The notes below the pieces were generated by a model. It did no database searches. It saw only the letters and a program-made list of their open reading frames with translations, and was not told where the DNA came from. From Catajapyx aquilonaris (lineage: Eukaryota), in contig JYFJ02000732.1 of the NCBI GenBank assembly GCA_000934665.2, forward strand, positions 1-64,000: a stretch of DNA of 64,000 nt, written 5' to 3'. Positions 11,978-24,860 of this stretch are shown in pieces; positions within the stretch are counted from its first letter, which is position 1; each line of letters opens with the position of its first letter. Position numbers and translations under genes: made by a program.

Positions 11978-13499
11978 CTAGTCGATGTCTTCTGGCCTCA
12001 CTGGTTGGCTTAGCGGCACAACCGATTTCTTCTCAACATCTCGCGACAGTGCTTTCCTCATATCGTACGCATCTTCATCCGGATCGCCTGAATAATACTC
12101 CAAGACAGTTCGATACACAATGTAACCAAGTCTCTGGTACATGCTGATGGCGACCTTATTCGACACGCGGACAAAAAGATCCACAAAGTACGCCCTCTTC
12201 TTCTCAGAGACATCTTCCAGCCAGGCCATGAGTCTGGCAGCCAGTCCCAGGCGACGATACTCAGGAGCAACGGTCAGCGCGGTGACGTGTCCATGCCAGT
12301 TCTCGCCGTGCCCCTCCGATTTGCCCATTATGTAGCCCATTATCTCACCAGATGGAGATTCAGCCACCTGGAAATTGGCAACAATATTCATTGCCACGTT
12401 ATAAAAAGGTCAGTAGGAAGTGACAAGTCTACCAAAATATGAAACATCACGCAATCCAAGCGAAAATTATGAATGTGATCACAGGGAAAATTTCCTCAGA
12501 TGTTTCTTGTAATACTGTTTTTTTTAAAAAAAAGACACATTTTAAGCTGCGTTTACATGCAAGCGATTTGACGAGCGAAGTCTTCGCCGAGCGATAACAT
12601 CGCTGAGTAACCAATATCGTTTGAGGCGAAAATCATACTCTCACCTCAAACAATACTGGTTACTCGGGTTACTCAGCAATGTTTAGAATGTGTGCTTGTG
12701 ACAAGCTTTTTTTAAAATCAGCATTATATGAAGCACCTGAGGAAATTTGATTGGCGATGTTGCAGCGATGTAACAATCGTGGAAACTGTGAGCGATTTGA
12801 TTACGCTATGTCATCATCGAGTATAACCCGAGCAACCGATTGTTACCCTGATTGTTACATTTGCGATGTCATTGCGCTATCAAATCTCTCACATGTAAAC
12901 GCACCATTAAGATGAAAAATGCATTGAAATTTGGGGCCTGAATTAATACTTGTACTAAACCTAAATATTAGATTTTAATTTTTAATAACCCATACAAACA
13001 CAGAAAACTGATTGACCCCACAAGTAAAAAATACACTGTCGGCCAGTGGCCGTTTGGCCCACATTTTAAGGTGCGTTTACATGTGAGCGATTTGACGAGC
13101 AAAGTCGTCGCTGTGTGAAGTAACCAATATTGTGTGAGGTGAAATTAACAATCGATTTTCGCCTCCAACAGTACTGGTTACTTGGGTTACTTGGCAATGG
13201 CATCGCTCGTGATATCGCTCACATGTAAACGCCGCTTTCATGTTACGGACTGCTTCTATTCAAACTGGCTGCTACGTTAAACAACTGATGCAGCAATGAG
13301 TCCTCATCATGTCATTGTAAGTACATGAGTGCCTTGAAAGAGTTTAAAATAATCCCCTTGCAGGTACCTGAAAGTATTCAGGCCAATGAGCCAAGTACTG
13401 CAGGTAGAAGGAGAGTCCGTAGGTTTCAGTCAAGGGGTCCAGGTTCACATTGTTGAAGCGGAAGAGGTCGTCGCAAGTGAATGGCCTCAGGTTGGTCAT
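11978..13499 (-). CDS. NAA20: N-alpha-acetyltransferase 20 (NatB catalytic subunit), 173 aa
   Basis: Exons 13499-13368 and 12367-11978; MTNLRPFTCDDLFRFNNVNLDPLTETY, WHGHVTALTVAPEYRRLGLA, FVDLFVRVSN, EDAYDMRK. Confidence 0.97.
12546..12905. mobile_element. MITE (PIF/Harbinger-like ends) in the NAA20 intron
   Basis: TIR GCTGCGTTTACATG ... CATGTAAACGCACC, with TAA/TTA-type flanks. Confidence 0.7.
13070..13234. mobile_element. Second, shorter copy of the same MITE
   Basis: GGTGCGTTTACATGTGAGCGAT ... ATCGCTCACATGTAAACGC; internal similarity to 12546-12905. Confidence 0.7.
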
Positions 13500-13784
13500 C
13501 TTGTCCTTAAGAAAAAAAAGAAGGAGCTTGTCAAAGAAACAAAACCTTTTGACAAAACCAGAGGCATTCATTTGATTCCAGCTCATCAGTGAAGCTCCTC
13601 ATGATGATCACACATGATGGCCGATCAAACGAAAGCAAATTCCACTTCCCTTTCAACGTGCACACTTGCCCCTCACCTTGAAGAGAAAAGCGGTCGAGTC
13701 CAGCGGAAGTTCAGGCCCAGAGGAAACGAAGAAAAGACGACCGAATCAAGCCCAAAAGCACGAGTCTTCGGCGGAAAAAGAAAC

Positions 13785-13876
13785 GGCGGCCATCTTACGA
13801 TCGATTGTTTGGGAGGGGGTGCGTTCCCACCACCGACACTCACGCCGTTCCGGTCCACGTTCCGTTCCCTTGTCCA
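13785..13876 (-). promoter_or_regulatory. Cassette-type promoter 5, driving NAA20
   Basis: GGCGGCCATCTT, GGGTGCGTTCCCACCACCGAC, CCGTTCCCTTGTCC; leader-exon donor AAG|GTGAGG near 13675. Confidence 0.8.
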
Positions 13877-14598
13877 ACCACCGATGGATTTATCGGCTAT
13901 TTCAAAATAGCGGCTATCCTGGCCCAACCGCTATCCGCTACTAGCACATCAGTCGTTTTAAGAGCCACAAAATAATAATGGTGCCATTTTTAATCACATT
14001 TTGATCTATTGTACCTGTGAGAAGGCTCCTTAATAAGCTTTTATGTGCTCTGAATTTACATTACCTCGTTGTTGAAGGTGTCGGCACAGACGATAAAATG
14101 TGCATTTCAGCAGCAAAGCAATTTTGCAGAATTTACTGTCACTTGTGAACGGAGGTCCACGTTCCCCCTCACTTCAACATCAACAATAACGTACATACTG
14201 CTTGGCAATACTGCCATTAGGTTACCAGCAGTCTGAAATAAACAGTAGATGCATCAGCTTCAGAATCTCCCTGCGGGTGGTAATCCTGCCAGCAATAAAG
14301 AAATTACCGGTACAACTATTTACTTGCTGACACATACAATATCCAATTAACCAGTACACAAAGAGATGATGACAGGGGATGTAAATCGGCTATTAAAATT
14401 AAAATCTACGTAATCTATAAATGAGGATGTTTGTCAGTTTGTTTATTTGTTTGCAATTAAATCTATTGGCAATTTTTTTGATACCTCCTCAGTGCTCAGA
14501 TCTAGGCAGACCATATCCGTTGTATCTTAATAAATCTAGGTCCAACATTTCACTGAGGCAGAATGAAATTTACTCACAACCAATAGGCAATCAAATGG

Positions 14599-16819
14599 TT
14601 ATTCTCCTGTGTGAGTCCGTGTGTTCTTTCTCACAATATCAGCCGGGGTAAACTTTTCATTACATAAATGGCAAGAAAATAGCTTTTCACCTGTGTGAAT
14701 CAACTTATGCCTATTCCAATTGCACCTCCGGCTAAATGTCTTCTGACATACTTCACAAAGAAATAGCTTTTCCTTGTGACATCCCATGTGGCTTCTCCAT
14801 GTGTCTTTCCGTTCAAACCTCTTCTCACATTTTGAACAAGCAAATGGCTTATCTCCTGTGTGAGTAATCTTGTGATCTTTCAAAAGGTGTTCAAATCTGT
14901 ACATTTTTTGGAGAACTAGGCAATTCTCTCCAGTATGATCACCCAGCATGTGAGTTCTCATATACTCAATGCACGTAGAAAGCTTGTGGCATACGTCACA
15001 ACTCTGCTTTTCTCCCTCGCCTGTGCTACTGCTACTTTGCACCTGCATCCTCTTCTCCTCGTCGTTGCCAGCACTGCCTTGCACCACCTGCAAGATAAAC
15101 ATGATTGAGCCTTCGGTGTGATGGTCAACATACCTTAAAACTATTACCTCATTGCATAATCTGATTTAATTGCTTCCCACACAATGTTCTGGTCTTAATA
15201 TTCCTAATTAAAATTAACCAGCATTGGCAAAACTAAATGAGTACACTTGAAACACACTGTATATCTCATGGTACAGTACCATGTACCATCCATAATTCCC
15301 CATTACATAATGTCAAAAGTCAAGACTGCACTGACTCAAAAAGGGTCATTCGTATGACAAAAAAAAGGGAAAGACATTAGATCACAACGTGATGTACGTA
15401 AAACGAGTCTGCCATCAATGTGGGCTGTAATATAAGGTTCAAGTACATCATGAACACTGTTCATATTGACTTATTCAATCAATGCTGGATAACGGGAGTT
15501 GGGATAGAACTCATGCAGTATCTACAGTAGGGACTCATGTGTTTTGGGAGGTGGCTTGTGTCCTTGGCAACCATAATTAGCCCCGCCCCTTGCTGAGTTT
15601 TTTGCATGGAACTTAGAACGATTGGTGGGGAAATATTTCTCCCCTGCTTGGTTACCAATTGCATAAGTGTAAACAAACTCGTCTCATTCTTCAGGTTTTA
15701 GACATAATGCCCATCTCCTTTTAAATCGAATCCTGATTGGTCGACTGGTAGGGGGCGGGGTTAATTATGTGGTTGCCAAGGAACACAGGCCACTCCCAAA
15801 ACGCATGAGTTATCTTGTCCCTACTGTAGTTATCCTCATAACCAGTCGGCCCACCTCATTTGTGCCATCATGAGCAATTATTGCTAAGGGGTCTTCCGCA
15901 TCTTGATTGGCATCTGGTATGTCTGCCATCGGCTCTTCTTCCGGTTCTTCCTTCTTAATGTCACAAGTGATGGTTTCATTAATGGCTGCATTATCATTCA
16001 AGAGAAATGGAGTCTCCTCCTTCACCTCCACTTTCCATACCTCTTCCTCAGTTGTATGGCTATTTTCTTCATCCTCCTCCACCTCCTCCTTCACCTCCAT
16101 TTTCCATTCCTCTTCTGTAGCAAGGCTATTTTCTTCATCCTCCTCCTTCTTGAATGCAAGCGTCAAAGACATGTTGCTGTAAAAATAACAACCAATCGAG
16201 CCATCATGTGCATACACACTACATCGAATCAAAGTCCCTCCATTATCCCAACAGTTGCAGTTGTCTGGATCGCTACATAATCTCACCTGTCATGTTGATC
16301 ATACATGTGAGTATGTAATAAGTAAGAGTGGGCAGTAGCATCATTGGACTCTGTGACATTATCCACACCATCTCCTGCTGCAGCCTCAGTAGCGAGTTGG
16401 ACGTCTTGCTCATGAAGATCATCCGTTGGGGTTGCAGCTGTCTCGGGTGTACTGCAGTAATAAATTGCGCCAATTAGTAACGTGTGATAAACTTTCCTAT
16501 TGAAAGTGCTTCCAAAAATGTTCCGCATAATATTTCAATGGCCCCTTTATTAGGGCATCTACTGACTCACAAAGTACAACTGTCAGCACTGATAAAGATA
16601 GTCTGTTGGTGACATTTTCTGTAGAAATACCAACTTTGTAAGTACTACTAGTGAATAACACATTCTAAATTCAACATACCATCCTGACTTGGCAGATGCC
16701 CGCCGATTTTTCCAATACTTCTGCAGACGTCTGGCTGCCTTGGATCTTTTGGGGATTGTAGACGGATACGGCCTGTTCTTCTTCCTCCCCCTCGTTCCCA
16801 ACGTTGCTAGGGGGTCCAT
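14599..16819 (-). CDS. Cassette 6: basic leader exons + acidic exon + eroded C2H2 array (5 fingers, at least 2 degenerate)
   Basis: Exons 16819-16680, 16451-16287, 16176-15855, 15087-14599 form one continuous frame. Confidence 0.8.
15522..15829. mobile_element. MITE with long terminal inverted repeats
   Basis: CTACAGTAGGGAC...ACTCATGTGTTTTGGGAG...GCCCCGCCCC mirrored at 15750-15829; absent from the paralogous intron near 21590. Confidence 0.7.
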
Positions 16820-16952
16820 TTTTTTTTGCTGTGAGACCCAATACGAGCTTTCTAGATTCCTCTCAGTTGTTACACTGCCCTTAAGAACGCATTTCACGCC
16901 ATCAAAACTTGAAGGAAAACGATCAAAACGAGACTTTTCTTGTCAAAAAACA

Positions 16953-17027
16953 GTCGCCATCTTGGAATTTATCTGGACATATGTTTGGGGGTGCGTTCCG
17001 ACCACCGATCATTCCGTTCCCTTGTCT
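16953..17027 (-). promoter_or_regulatory. Cassette promoter 6
   Basis: GTCGCCATCTTGG, GGGTGCGTTCC, CCGTTCCCTTGTC. Confidence 0.75.
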
Positions 17028-17923
17028 ACTGTATTAACCGCTATTTACAACGGAACGCAATCACTGTTCAATAGCTGCTCCTGGTATCTACCTGTTATTA
17101 GCTATCCGCTATTCGAGCTATGCAGTTCGTTCTGATAGAAACAATTATTCAATTAACAATATTTTGGCCCAATGATAACGCATCTTAATAGGCTCTGGAT
17201 TGTTTAACCTTACCACCATTGTTGAAGGTGTCAACACAGGCGTTAAAGTGAACATTACAGCACTTTTGCAGATTTACAGTGTCACTGTGAATGGAGATCC
17301 ACCACCTCTACAACAGCAATAACGTGCATGCTGGTTAGCAACATTGCTGCGATGTTCAATGTTAATTTTTATAAGCTCACTGCAACGTAATGCAGATACA
17401 GTTACATGTGGGAGTCACATCATCAACATAAAGCTGGAGTTGTTTTCAGATATGTACAGTACACACATTAAATATCCAATTAAGCAACCAATAGGTGGTC
17501 AGAAATGACCAGCAGTGCACAAAGATATGGGGAAAGGGGATGTAAATCACCAGTTCAAATGGAAAGACACAATAAGTACCGGTATGAAATTCTGCGTACA
17601 ATTGATTTATTTCCCCTTAAACCTAATTGAGTACAGAACCATTATTTGAGAGAAGTTTTGACAATGCCATTTACCAAAAAATACATGCCTTGAGCAAAAA
17701 GGCCACAGTCCAGGCGAAACAATGGCGTTAAGTACCAGCAGCTTACATGACGTCTGGATTTACATAAGGTGTGCTCTCGTATCGCAATGGTCTTTTGGCA
17801 TTTACCATGGAATATTTTTGAACCCTCCTTGGTGATTAGACAATCTCAGTTTCATCTAATAGATTTAGGTCCACCATTGCATAGAGGCAGAACTTAACTT
17901 ATTAACAACCAACAATCAAACAG

Positions 17924-19039
17924 TTATTCTGCTGTGTGAGTGCGTGTGTGACTTGTCAGATAATCAGCCCGGGCAAACTTCTTATTACATAGATGGCAAG
18001 AAAATGGCTTTTCACCTGTGTGAAGCATCATATGCCGCTTCAAATTATATGGGTGATTAAATTTACTTGGACAATTTTGGCAATTAAATGGCCTCTCTCC
18101 ACTGTGGGTCAGCATGTGCATCTTTAATTTACGCTCATCTCTGAACTTGTTCTGGCACATTTCACAATGGAATGGCTTCTCTTGTTTGTGAGTCAACTTA
18201 TGCTTATTCAAATGGCACATCAACTTAAACGTCTTCTGGCATACTTGACAACTAAATGGCCTTTCCTTAGAGTGACACGTCATGTGGTCTCTCAATGCAT
18301 TTTCATGATCAAACCTGTTCTCACACTTTGAACAAGCAAATGGCTTCTCTGCATTGTGAATAATCATATGATCTTTCAAATGGTGCTTATACTTGTACAT
18401 TTTATCGCACACAAGGCAAGAAAATGGCTTCTCTTGTTTATGAGTCACCATGTGGTTTATTAGAGATGACGCCCTGCTGAACTTCTTTTGGCAAACTTTG
18501 CAATTAAATCGCTTCTCCCCAGTGTGAACAGGCATGTGCGCTTTCATATTCTGAGCGCACTTAAAAAGCTTGTGGCATACATCACAACTAAACCGCTTTT
18601 CTCCCTTGCATTTCCTGCTACGTTGCACCTGCTTCCTCTTCTTCACATCTTTCCGGTTGCCAACATTGCTTTGCACCACCTGCAAGATAAACATGATTGA
18701 GCCTAATTTTGATGTCGTGGGGGAATGTGGAAGGGCGAACACACATAATTAATCCCTAAAAATACCTACCTGAACTAATTCAGTACCAGTTATTCTCATT
18801 TGGCATACCTCATTTGTGTTACCATCATGTGCAACTGCTAAGGGGTCTTCTGCGTCTTCATTGGCATCTGGTATGTCTGCCATCAGCTCTTCTTCCGGTT
18901 CTTCCTTCTTAACGTCACAAGTGATGGCTTCATCGCCATTCAAGAGAAACGGCGTTTCATCCTCCACTTTCCATTCCTCTTCCTCAGTAAGGCTATTTTC
19001 TTCATCCTCCTCCTTCTTCAATGTAAGCGTCAAAGACAT
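17924..19039 (-). CDS. Cassette 7: acidic exon + C2H2 protein (8 fingers)
   Basis: Exons 19039-18809 and 18679-17924, phase 0. Confidence 0.9.
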
Positions 19040-19364
19040 GCGACTGGAAAATAACAACCAATGGCTACGTCACATACATGCTACAGAAGACACGCTTCAT
19101 CATGAATAAGCCCTGCCATGATCTCACCAGTTGGAATTGTTTGGAGAGCTACAAAAATCTCACCTGTCATGTTGATCATGAGTACGTAATATGCGGTGCG
19201 CAGCATAATTAGACATCTCATTGCCTGCAAGACCCAGGAACTTCCAGGATTCTTCTACGCTTCCCTAATTTGCACGAGCACGCATCTCACGCCTTCTAGC
19301 TTCGAGGAAATGGGGGGGAAAACCACACAAAATGATCCCAAGAGGAGCCGGCTACTGAACAGAA

Positions 19365-19433
19365 GCCGCCATCTTGGAATGTGGGGGATGTTTGGGGTGC
19401 GTTCCTACCGCCGCTTAAACCCGTTCCCTCGTG
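19365..19433 (-). promoter_or_regulatory. Cassette promoter 7
   Basis: GCCGCCATCTTGG, GGGTGCGTTCC, CCGTTCCCTCGTG. Confidence 0.75.
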
Positions 19434-19742
19434 TATGGAGTTAACCGCTACCAACACCAAACGCTATCTTAGGTAGCTGCTCCTGGGACCTGCCAGTTAT
19501 TCGCTATCCGCTACTCAAGCTCGTAGACTTTAAAAATTTGTTTAAAATGAACAAGTTGAAGTTTTGTTGGTTAGTTAAATAGACAAACACTCTTCATGTC
19601 CAGGGACTGACATCCAGAGAATTTGCGCAGGTCAAATTCTGGCCAGAGAAAGTTACATCGACAAGTAAATTAATATTCCGTCCTTTCATTTAAATTTTTA
19701 AATTTTAAATTTTGTTTGCAAGTAAATGTTGTGATGCTGCTT

Positions 19743-22560
19743 CTACAGGGCAAGATTATTCTCTTCATGGACCGCTGGTTGCACTGTAGCTGCTTGATTT
19801 ATCGGCTTGCCATGGGGCCTTTGCGGTAGGCAGCAGGAAGGCACGGTCCATGATTTCAAGCGATGAACCTTGGTTGGGATACCTAGAACATATGTCACTG
19901 ATGTTGAACATGCCACAATAAGCCTGATTAACCTCCAGACCCCAATATAGCATAAAGGCCATTTCACAAAAAGATTTTGCGGGAGCGACAAGCGGCAAAC
20001 GCGTGCCCCGCCAATTGTTATTAATTATTGGCAATAATAAATATAAATAAAAAATATGCCGCAACGCGAGCCGTTTGTCGCGCGACATTTTTTTGTGAAA
20101 TGGCCTTAACAGGTAAATTGAAACCATTATAATGATGAAAATACTCGTATGAACATTAACGATTTCACTGCAGCTGAGGCCAATGTGACATAACCTGCAA
20201 TGGGCTGTAGTTGCTGCTGACAATAACCATTATAAAACAATTTTTGGTGTTATGTTGGCTATATTTATGAGGTGCCTAGAGTGAATGCTCCTGAGCTCCA
20301 TATATTTCTCCCTTATGTACGTAGGCCACTCACCAGGAAAGAAATAATCGCTTGGTTGGAAATGCAAGCTGCAGACAAGCATGGTTGTAGTCGCTGGCTT
20401 TCCCATTTTCAGCACCGTTTCCCACACCTCTCTCAGCTGCTTGTCTAACGGGAATCGGTGCATCCATATTTCGGCACCCGGCTGGTTCGAAGGCTTGGAC
20501 TTGCACCCCCAAACACTGCAATATCTGTTGCTAATAGGAGCCTTCCTCTTCGCTTGCTCTCCAGCTATGTGCTTCACTTCAACACTAAATTCATTGGATA
20601 CTGCTGAACTCTGTGGGAAGCTGCCAGAGGTCAAACACTTCTCCCACGGACGCGAACAGGGGATGTAAATCACCTATTAAAATTGAAACACACAAGTATG
20701 AAATCCTCCGTAAGCTGGATTATTTTCCCCTAACCCCAATTCAGCATAGAACCATTATTTGAGAGAAATTTTAATAAAGTCATCAACCAAAAGATGCATG
20801 AAAAAAATAGGCCAAAATCCAGGTGAAACAAAGTATCAGCATCTACCACAACACTTCTGAGGTCTGAATTTACATACAGTGTGTTCTTGTATGCAATGCT
20901 GTTTTGGCCTTTACCGTGGAAATTTTTTGCAGCCTCCTTAGTGATTAGATCGAGGCAGGCAAGTTGCATCTCAATAGATTGCATGGCATAGATACATTGC
21001 AACTAAACTGCTCTTCTACCTTGCATATCTTCCTGCTAGTATGCACCTGCAGCCTATTCTCCACATTTGCCGTTCTGTCATCATTGCCTTGGACCACCTG
21101 CAAGATAAATATGATTGACCCTTGGGTGTGGTGGAAGATCAAGACTGCACTGAATCAACATGGGGTCATTCACATGCCACGAAAGACTTGTGACACAAAC
21201 ATGATTTGATCATGATCTGATTCATTAACCATCAGTTAAGTCCTCAAGATGATAAGAAATGATCTCTGATCACAAAATACTCTGTCAGGGTGTGAACAAT
21301 ATGTTTACAGAATCCTGTACTCATCTCCATTGGGCATGTTTCTTACACAATTAGACTTTCTCAGAGAAAAAGGTGGTTGAAATCAATGTTTTTGTTTCTC
21401 ATTACTAGTTCCCATATGAACAATAAAATAATATTCCCAATAATTTACACTTTCCCATTTACACCTCATTTACTAATAATTTTTACAAGCAAAATGTGCC
21501 TGCCATTGTTGTAATATATAAGGTCCAAGTACCTCTTGAACACTGCACATATTGATTTTTTATTCCATAATGGATAATGGCAGTTTGGATAGTTATTCTC
21601 ATTACCTGCTGGCACACTTCATTTGTGCCTTCGTGAACAATTGCTAAGGGGTCTTCTGCATCTCGATTGGCATCTGGAATGGCAGCCATCAGCTCTTCTT
21701 CAGGTTCTTCCTTCTTAATGTCACAAGTGATGTCTTCATTAACAGCTGCATCATCACACAAGAGAAAAGGAGTTTCTTTCTTCACCTCCACTCTCCGTTT
21801 CTTTTCCGTAGTAGGCCTAAGGCTATTTTCTTCATTCTCCTCCATCTCCTCCTCCTTCACCAGTGCCGCTTTCCATTCCTCTTCCTTAGTATGGCTATTT
21901 TCTTCATCCTCTTCCACCTCCTTCTTGATCATAAGCACCAATGACATGTCGCTGAAAAATAACAATTGATCATGTACAGACTCACGCATCAAATAAAAGT
22001 CCCTCCATTATCCCACCAGTTGCAACTATTGTTTGGAGTGCTACAAGGTCTCACCTGTCACGATGATCATGATTATGTAATGAATATGTGGGGGCTGCCG
22101 CATCACTGGACGACATTTCATTGTCTGCAACACCTACTGCTGCAGCATCAGTAGCAAGTCGGACATCTTGATCACGAAGATCATGTTCATCTTTTGGGTT
22201 TGCAGCTCTCTCTGGTGCACTGCAATAAATTGCACCAGATGATAATGTGATAAACTTTCATTTCAAAGCGCTTCCAAAACGCACAATAATTTAATAGCCC
22301 CTTTATTATGTCACCTCCTGACTCACATAAGTATGGTACTGATCAACATGGCAATATGTCTGGTGACATCAGTCGAAATACTACTTTGCGCTACGAGCTA
22401 ATGTTCTAAATTCAACGTACCATGCTGACTTGGATCTCCGATTTTTCCAATACTCCTTCAGATATATCGCTCGGGACTTAAGGGGCCTTCCACGGGGCCT
22501 TCTTGAGAGACGTGGCTTATTCTTCTTCTTCCTCGTTCCCAACGTTGCTGGGGAATCCAT
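19743..22560 (-). CDS. Cassette 8: AT-hook leader + acidic exon + THAP domain
   Basis: Exons 22560-22421 (RRPRGRP), 22219-22055, 21951-21618 (or 21606), 20610-20334 (CSVWGC...HRFP...W...VCSLHF), 19882-19743 (RLKSWTVPS); all phases compatible. Confidence 0.75.
19957..20105. mobile_element. Harbinger-like MITE in the THAP intron
   Basis: TIR GGCCATTTCACAAAAA ... TTTTTGTGAAATGGCC with TAA-type flanks. Confidence 0.65.
20945..21097 (-). pseudogene. Remnant zinc-finger exon of cassette 8 with the fingers deleted
   Basis: cttgcag|VVQGND...EEQFSCNV matches the start of the cassette 6/7 finger exons, then runs into sequence homologous to the cassette 7 3' flank. Confidence 0.7.
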
Positions 22561-22706
22561 TTATGCTATGAGACTGACCAGAACCTCCAGGATTCCTCTC
22601 AGCTCTTCCTGTAAGCACGAGCACGCATTTCACGCCTTCTAGCTTCGAGAAAAAGGATGAAAACCAGACGAATTATCCAGAGAAGAGAGAGTTTTTGGGC
22701 AGAACA

Positions 22707-22773
22707 GTCGCCATCTTGGAAATGTCACATGTTTGGGTGCGTTCCAACCACCGCTAAACACCGTTCCCTTGTC
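22707..22773 (-). promoter_or_regulatory. Cassette promoter 8
   Basis: GTCGCCATCTTGG, GGGTGCGTTCC, CCGTTCCCTTGTC. Confidence 0.75.
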
Positions 22774-23687
22774 TACTAAATTAACCGCTATTTAGCTAGC
22801 TGCTCCTGGGAGCTGACAGTTATTCGCTATCCGCTATTCGATCTTTGATATTTTTATTTTTTAAAAAATTTTGCATTTCTGTTGAGTATTTTACAACCCT
22901 ATACATTCAAATAATATTACATCAGTGAATCCATAAAAACACACATTTTTTTTCTCATTCTGTAAGCTTTCTTATCAATGCACAGTATGGTCGCACAGGT
23001 AAAATGCATGACTGATGATGCGAGAAGGTAACATTATTCTTCCCACCATTACTCACAAATAGGTCAAATTATTGAAGTTTTTTTTTGCACATATGATTAA
23101 ACTAGCAGCGGTACCCGTTCTTCGCACGGGGAAAAAAGAGCGTGGATAATTACACCGAAATCTTCTCAGATCTCAGGCAGTATTAAATGCAAACCTGCTC
23201 ATTCCCTTGCATATGTAGACACTGGAAGGGTGTAAAAATTCTGGTTTGTTTGCGTAATAAAGAGCCACGCAACTATGGCTATGTGGTTATCAGAATACAA
23301 AAAGGTGGGACAGATGGAAAGAGAAACAAAGAGGAACGAAAAGAACAGAGGAAAGGCTGGCATCTCTCTTAGTCTGTCTCCTATCTCAAAGACCTGTCCA
23401 ACTTGGGCGGCCCTACCAGTAGACGAAACTACCGCCGGCATAGCTCTTCAGGATCATGGGAAAACGAAAGCCCACCACCACAGCAAGATGGAGATACATT
23501 GGGGGGAGGGGGAATAAAAAAATTTTGATAAAAAAAATCGGGGGAAGTGCAAAATTTGAAACCATTTATAGGCCTGTTTCTATGGTAATCACCAACAAAA
23601 TTCTGTTGCCACAGGCAAACAAATTTTATTTTTTGCCTTACATATGTAGATTATCAGAATATGTTATTAATTTAGTAATTTATTTAT

Positions 23688-24050
23688 GGGGGAGGCACGG
23701 TGGCCGAGATGGTAACGTCTCGGCTTGCTATGCGTAAGGTCCCGGGTTGAAATCCCCACCCGGGAGCAAACCTTTCGCTTGCGTCAATGGGTCGTGACCC
23801 GTGCCTAAGGAGGCGTCTTGGCAACCTGGCCTCCTGGGGGACTGCACCTGGCCCACCGCTGGACAATGCACCTGCACATGTGCCCCCTCCCCAAATCCCC
23901 AACCCTTACCCTATTTCCTAGTAATAATCCTTCCACCGGTGATCGAAGTAAAAACAATTAGAAAACTGTATGGTGGTCTGCCACCCCCCTATAACGACCA
24001 AGTAGTTGTATCACGGGGTAAATAAAATAAAATAAATAAATAAATAAAAT
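23688..24050 (+). mobile_element. tRNA-derived SINE
   Basis: A box TGGCCGAGATGG, B box GGTTGAAATCC, (AAAT)n tail. Confidence 0.75.
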
Positions 24051-24241
24051 TAATTAATTAATTAATTAATAGCAGCAAACCCGTGTGTAGTGTCTGGTAC
24101 ATATGTTGAACTTGGTGTCAGTCAACGTACACAGATGTGATCGAAAGCGGAGGGAAAATTGGACAGTGAAATAAATGAAATAATGGGTCAACCCACAAAA
24201 AAAGGCAAAATTGAGCCAAGCCCAGGAACATACACCTAAAG

Positions 24242-24458
24242 CAGAGGTTCTTAACCTTTTCGGGCCTCCGCACCCCTTTGTAGACAATATATTGGTCCTT
24301 GTCGCACCCCAGGGGTGATTGATTACGTTCATAGTTAGACCAGTTATTAGCTCTTGGTTAGATTAAGTCCAGAGGTGCACCTAGCTTGCTCGCACCCCCA
24401 GGGAAGCCACCTATCGCACCCCCTGGAGGTGCGCGGGCACCCCAGGCTAAGAACCCTG
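24242..24458. mobile_element. hAT-type MITE
   Basis: TIR CAGAGGTTCTTAACC ... GGCTAAGAACCCTG; 8-bp TSD ACCTAAAG/ACCTGAAG; GCACCCC internal repeats. Confidence 0.75.
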
Positions 24459-24642
24459 ACCTGAAGGATCCTACTTCATTCAGTTAAAATCACGCAGGTG
24501 AAATGTGCATACTTCTGCCATAAATGACCGGAAAGAACACTGAATTAATTTCACAGGTATTGACCTTCAAGCCCCTTTTCTCAAAACTGTTCTCGTGTGG
24601 GTTGAGACATTACTGCATAACACCGTCCAATTATCAAAATAA

Positions 24643-24860
24643 TACAGTAGGTACCCGTTTTACACCCCTCCATTTTACGCCGTTCTACATTAACGCCGGT
24701 TTGAAAATGACATCATATAATTTTTAAATTGAAAAATTGTGATAACGTGGAAATTATGATAGCTTGCTGGTTGTGAAGTGGCCAAGAAAGATTTCCCATG
24801 CGGGAAGTACCCGTTTTACGCAGCTCCATTTTACGCCGTTTCGCATTAACCCCGGTTTTA
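24643..24860. repeat. Two copies of a Tc1/pogo-like terminal segment
   Basis: TACAGTAGGTACCCGTTTTAC...CCATTTTACGCCGTT repeated near 24645 and 24808. Confidence 0.45.
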
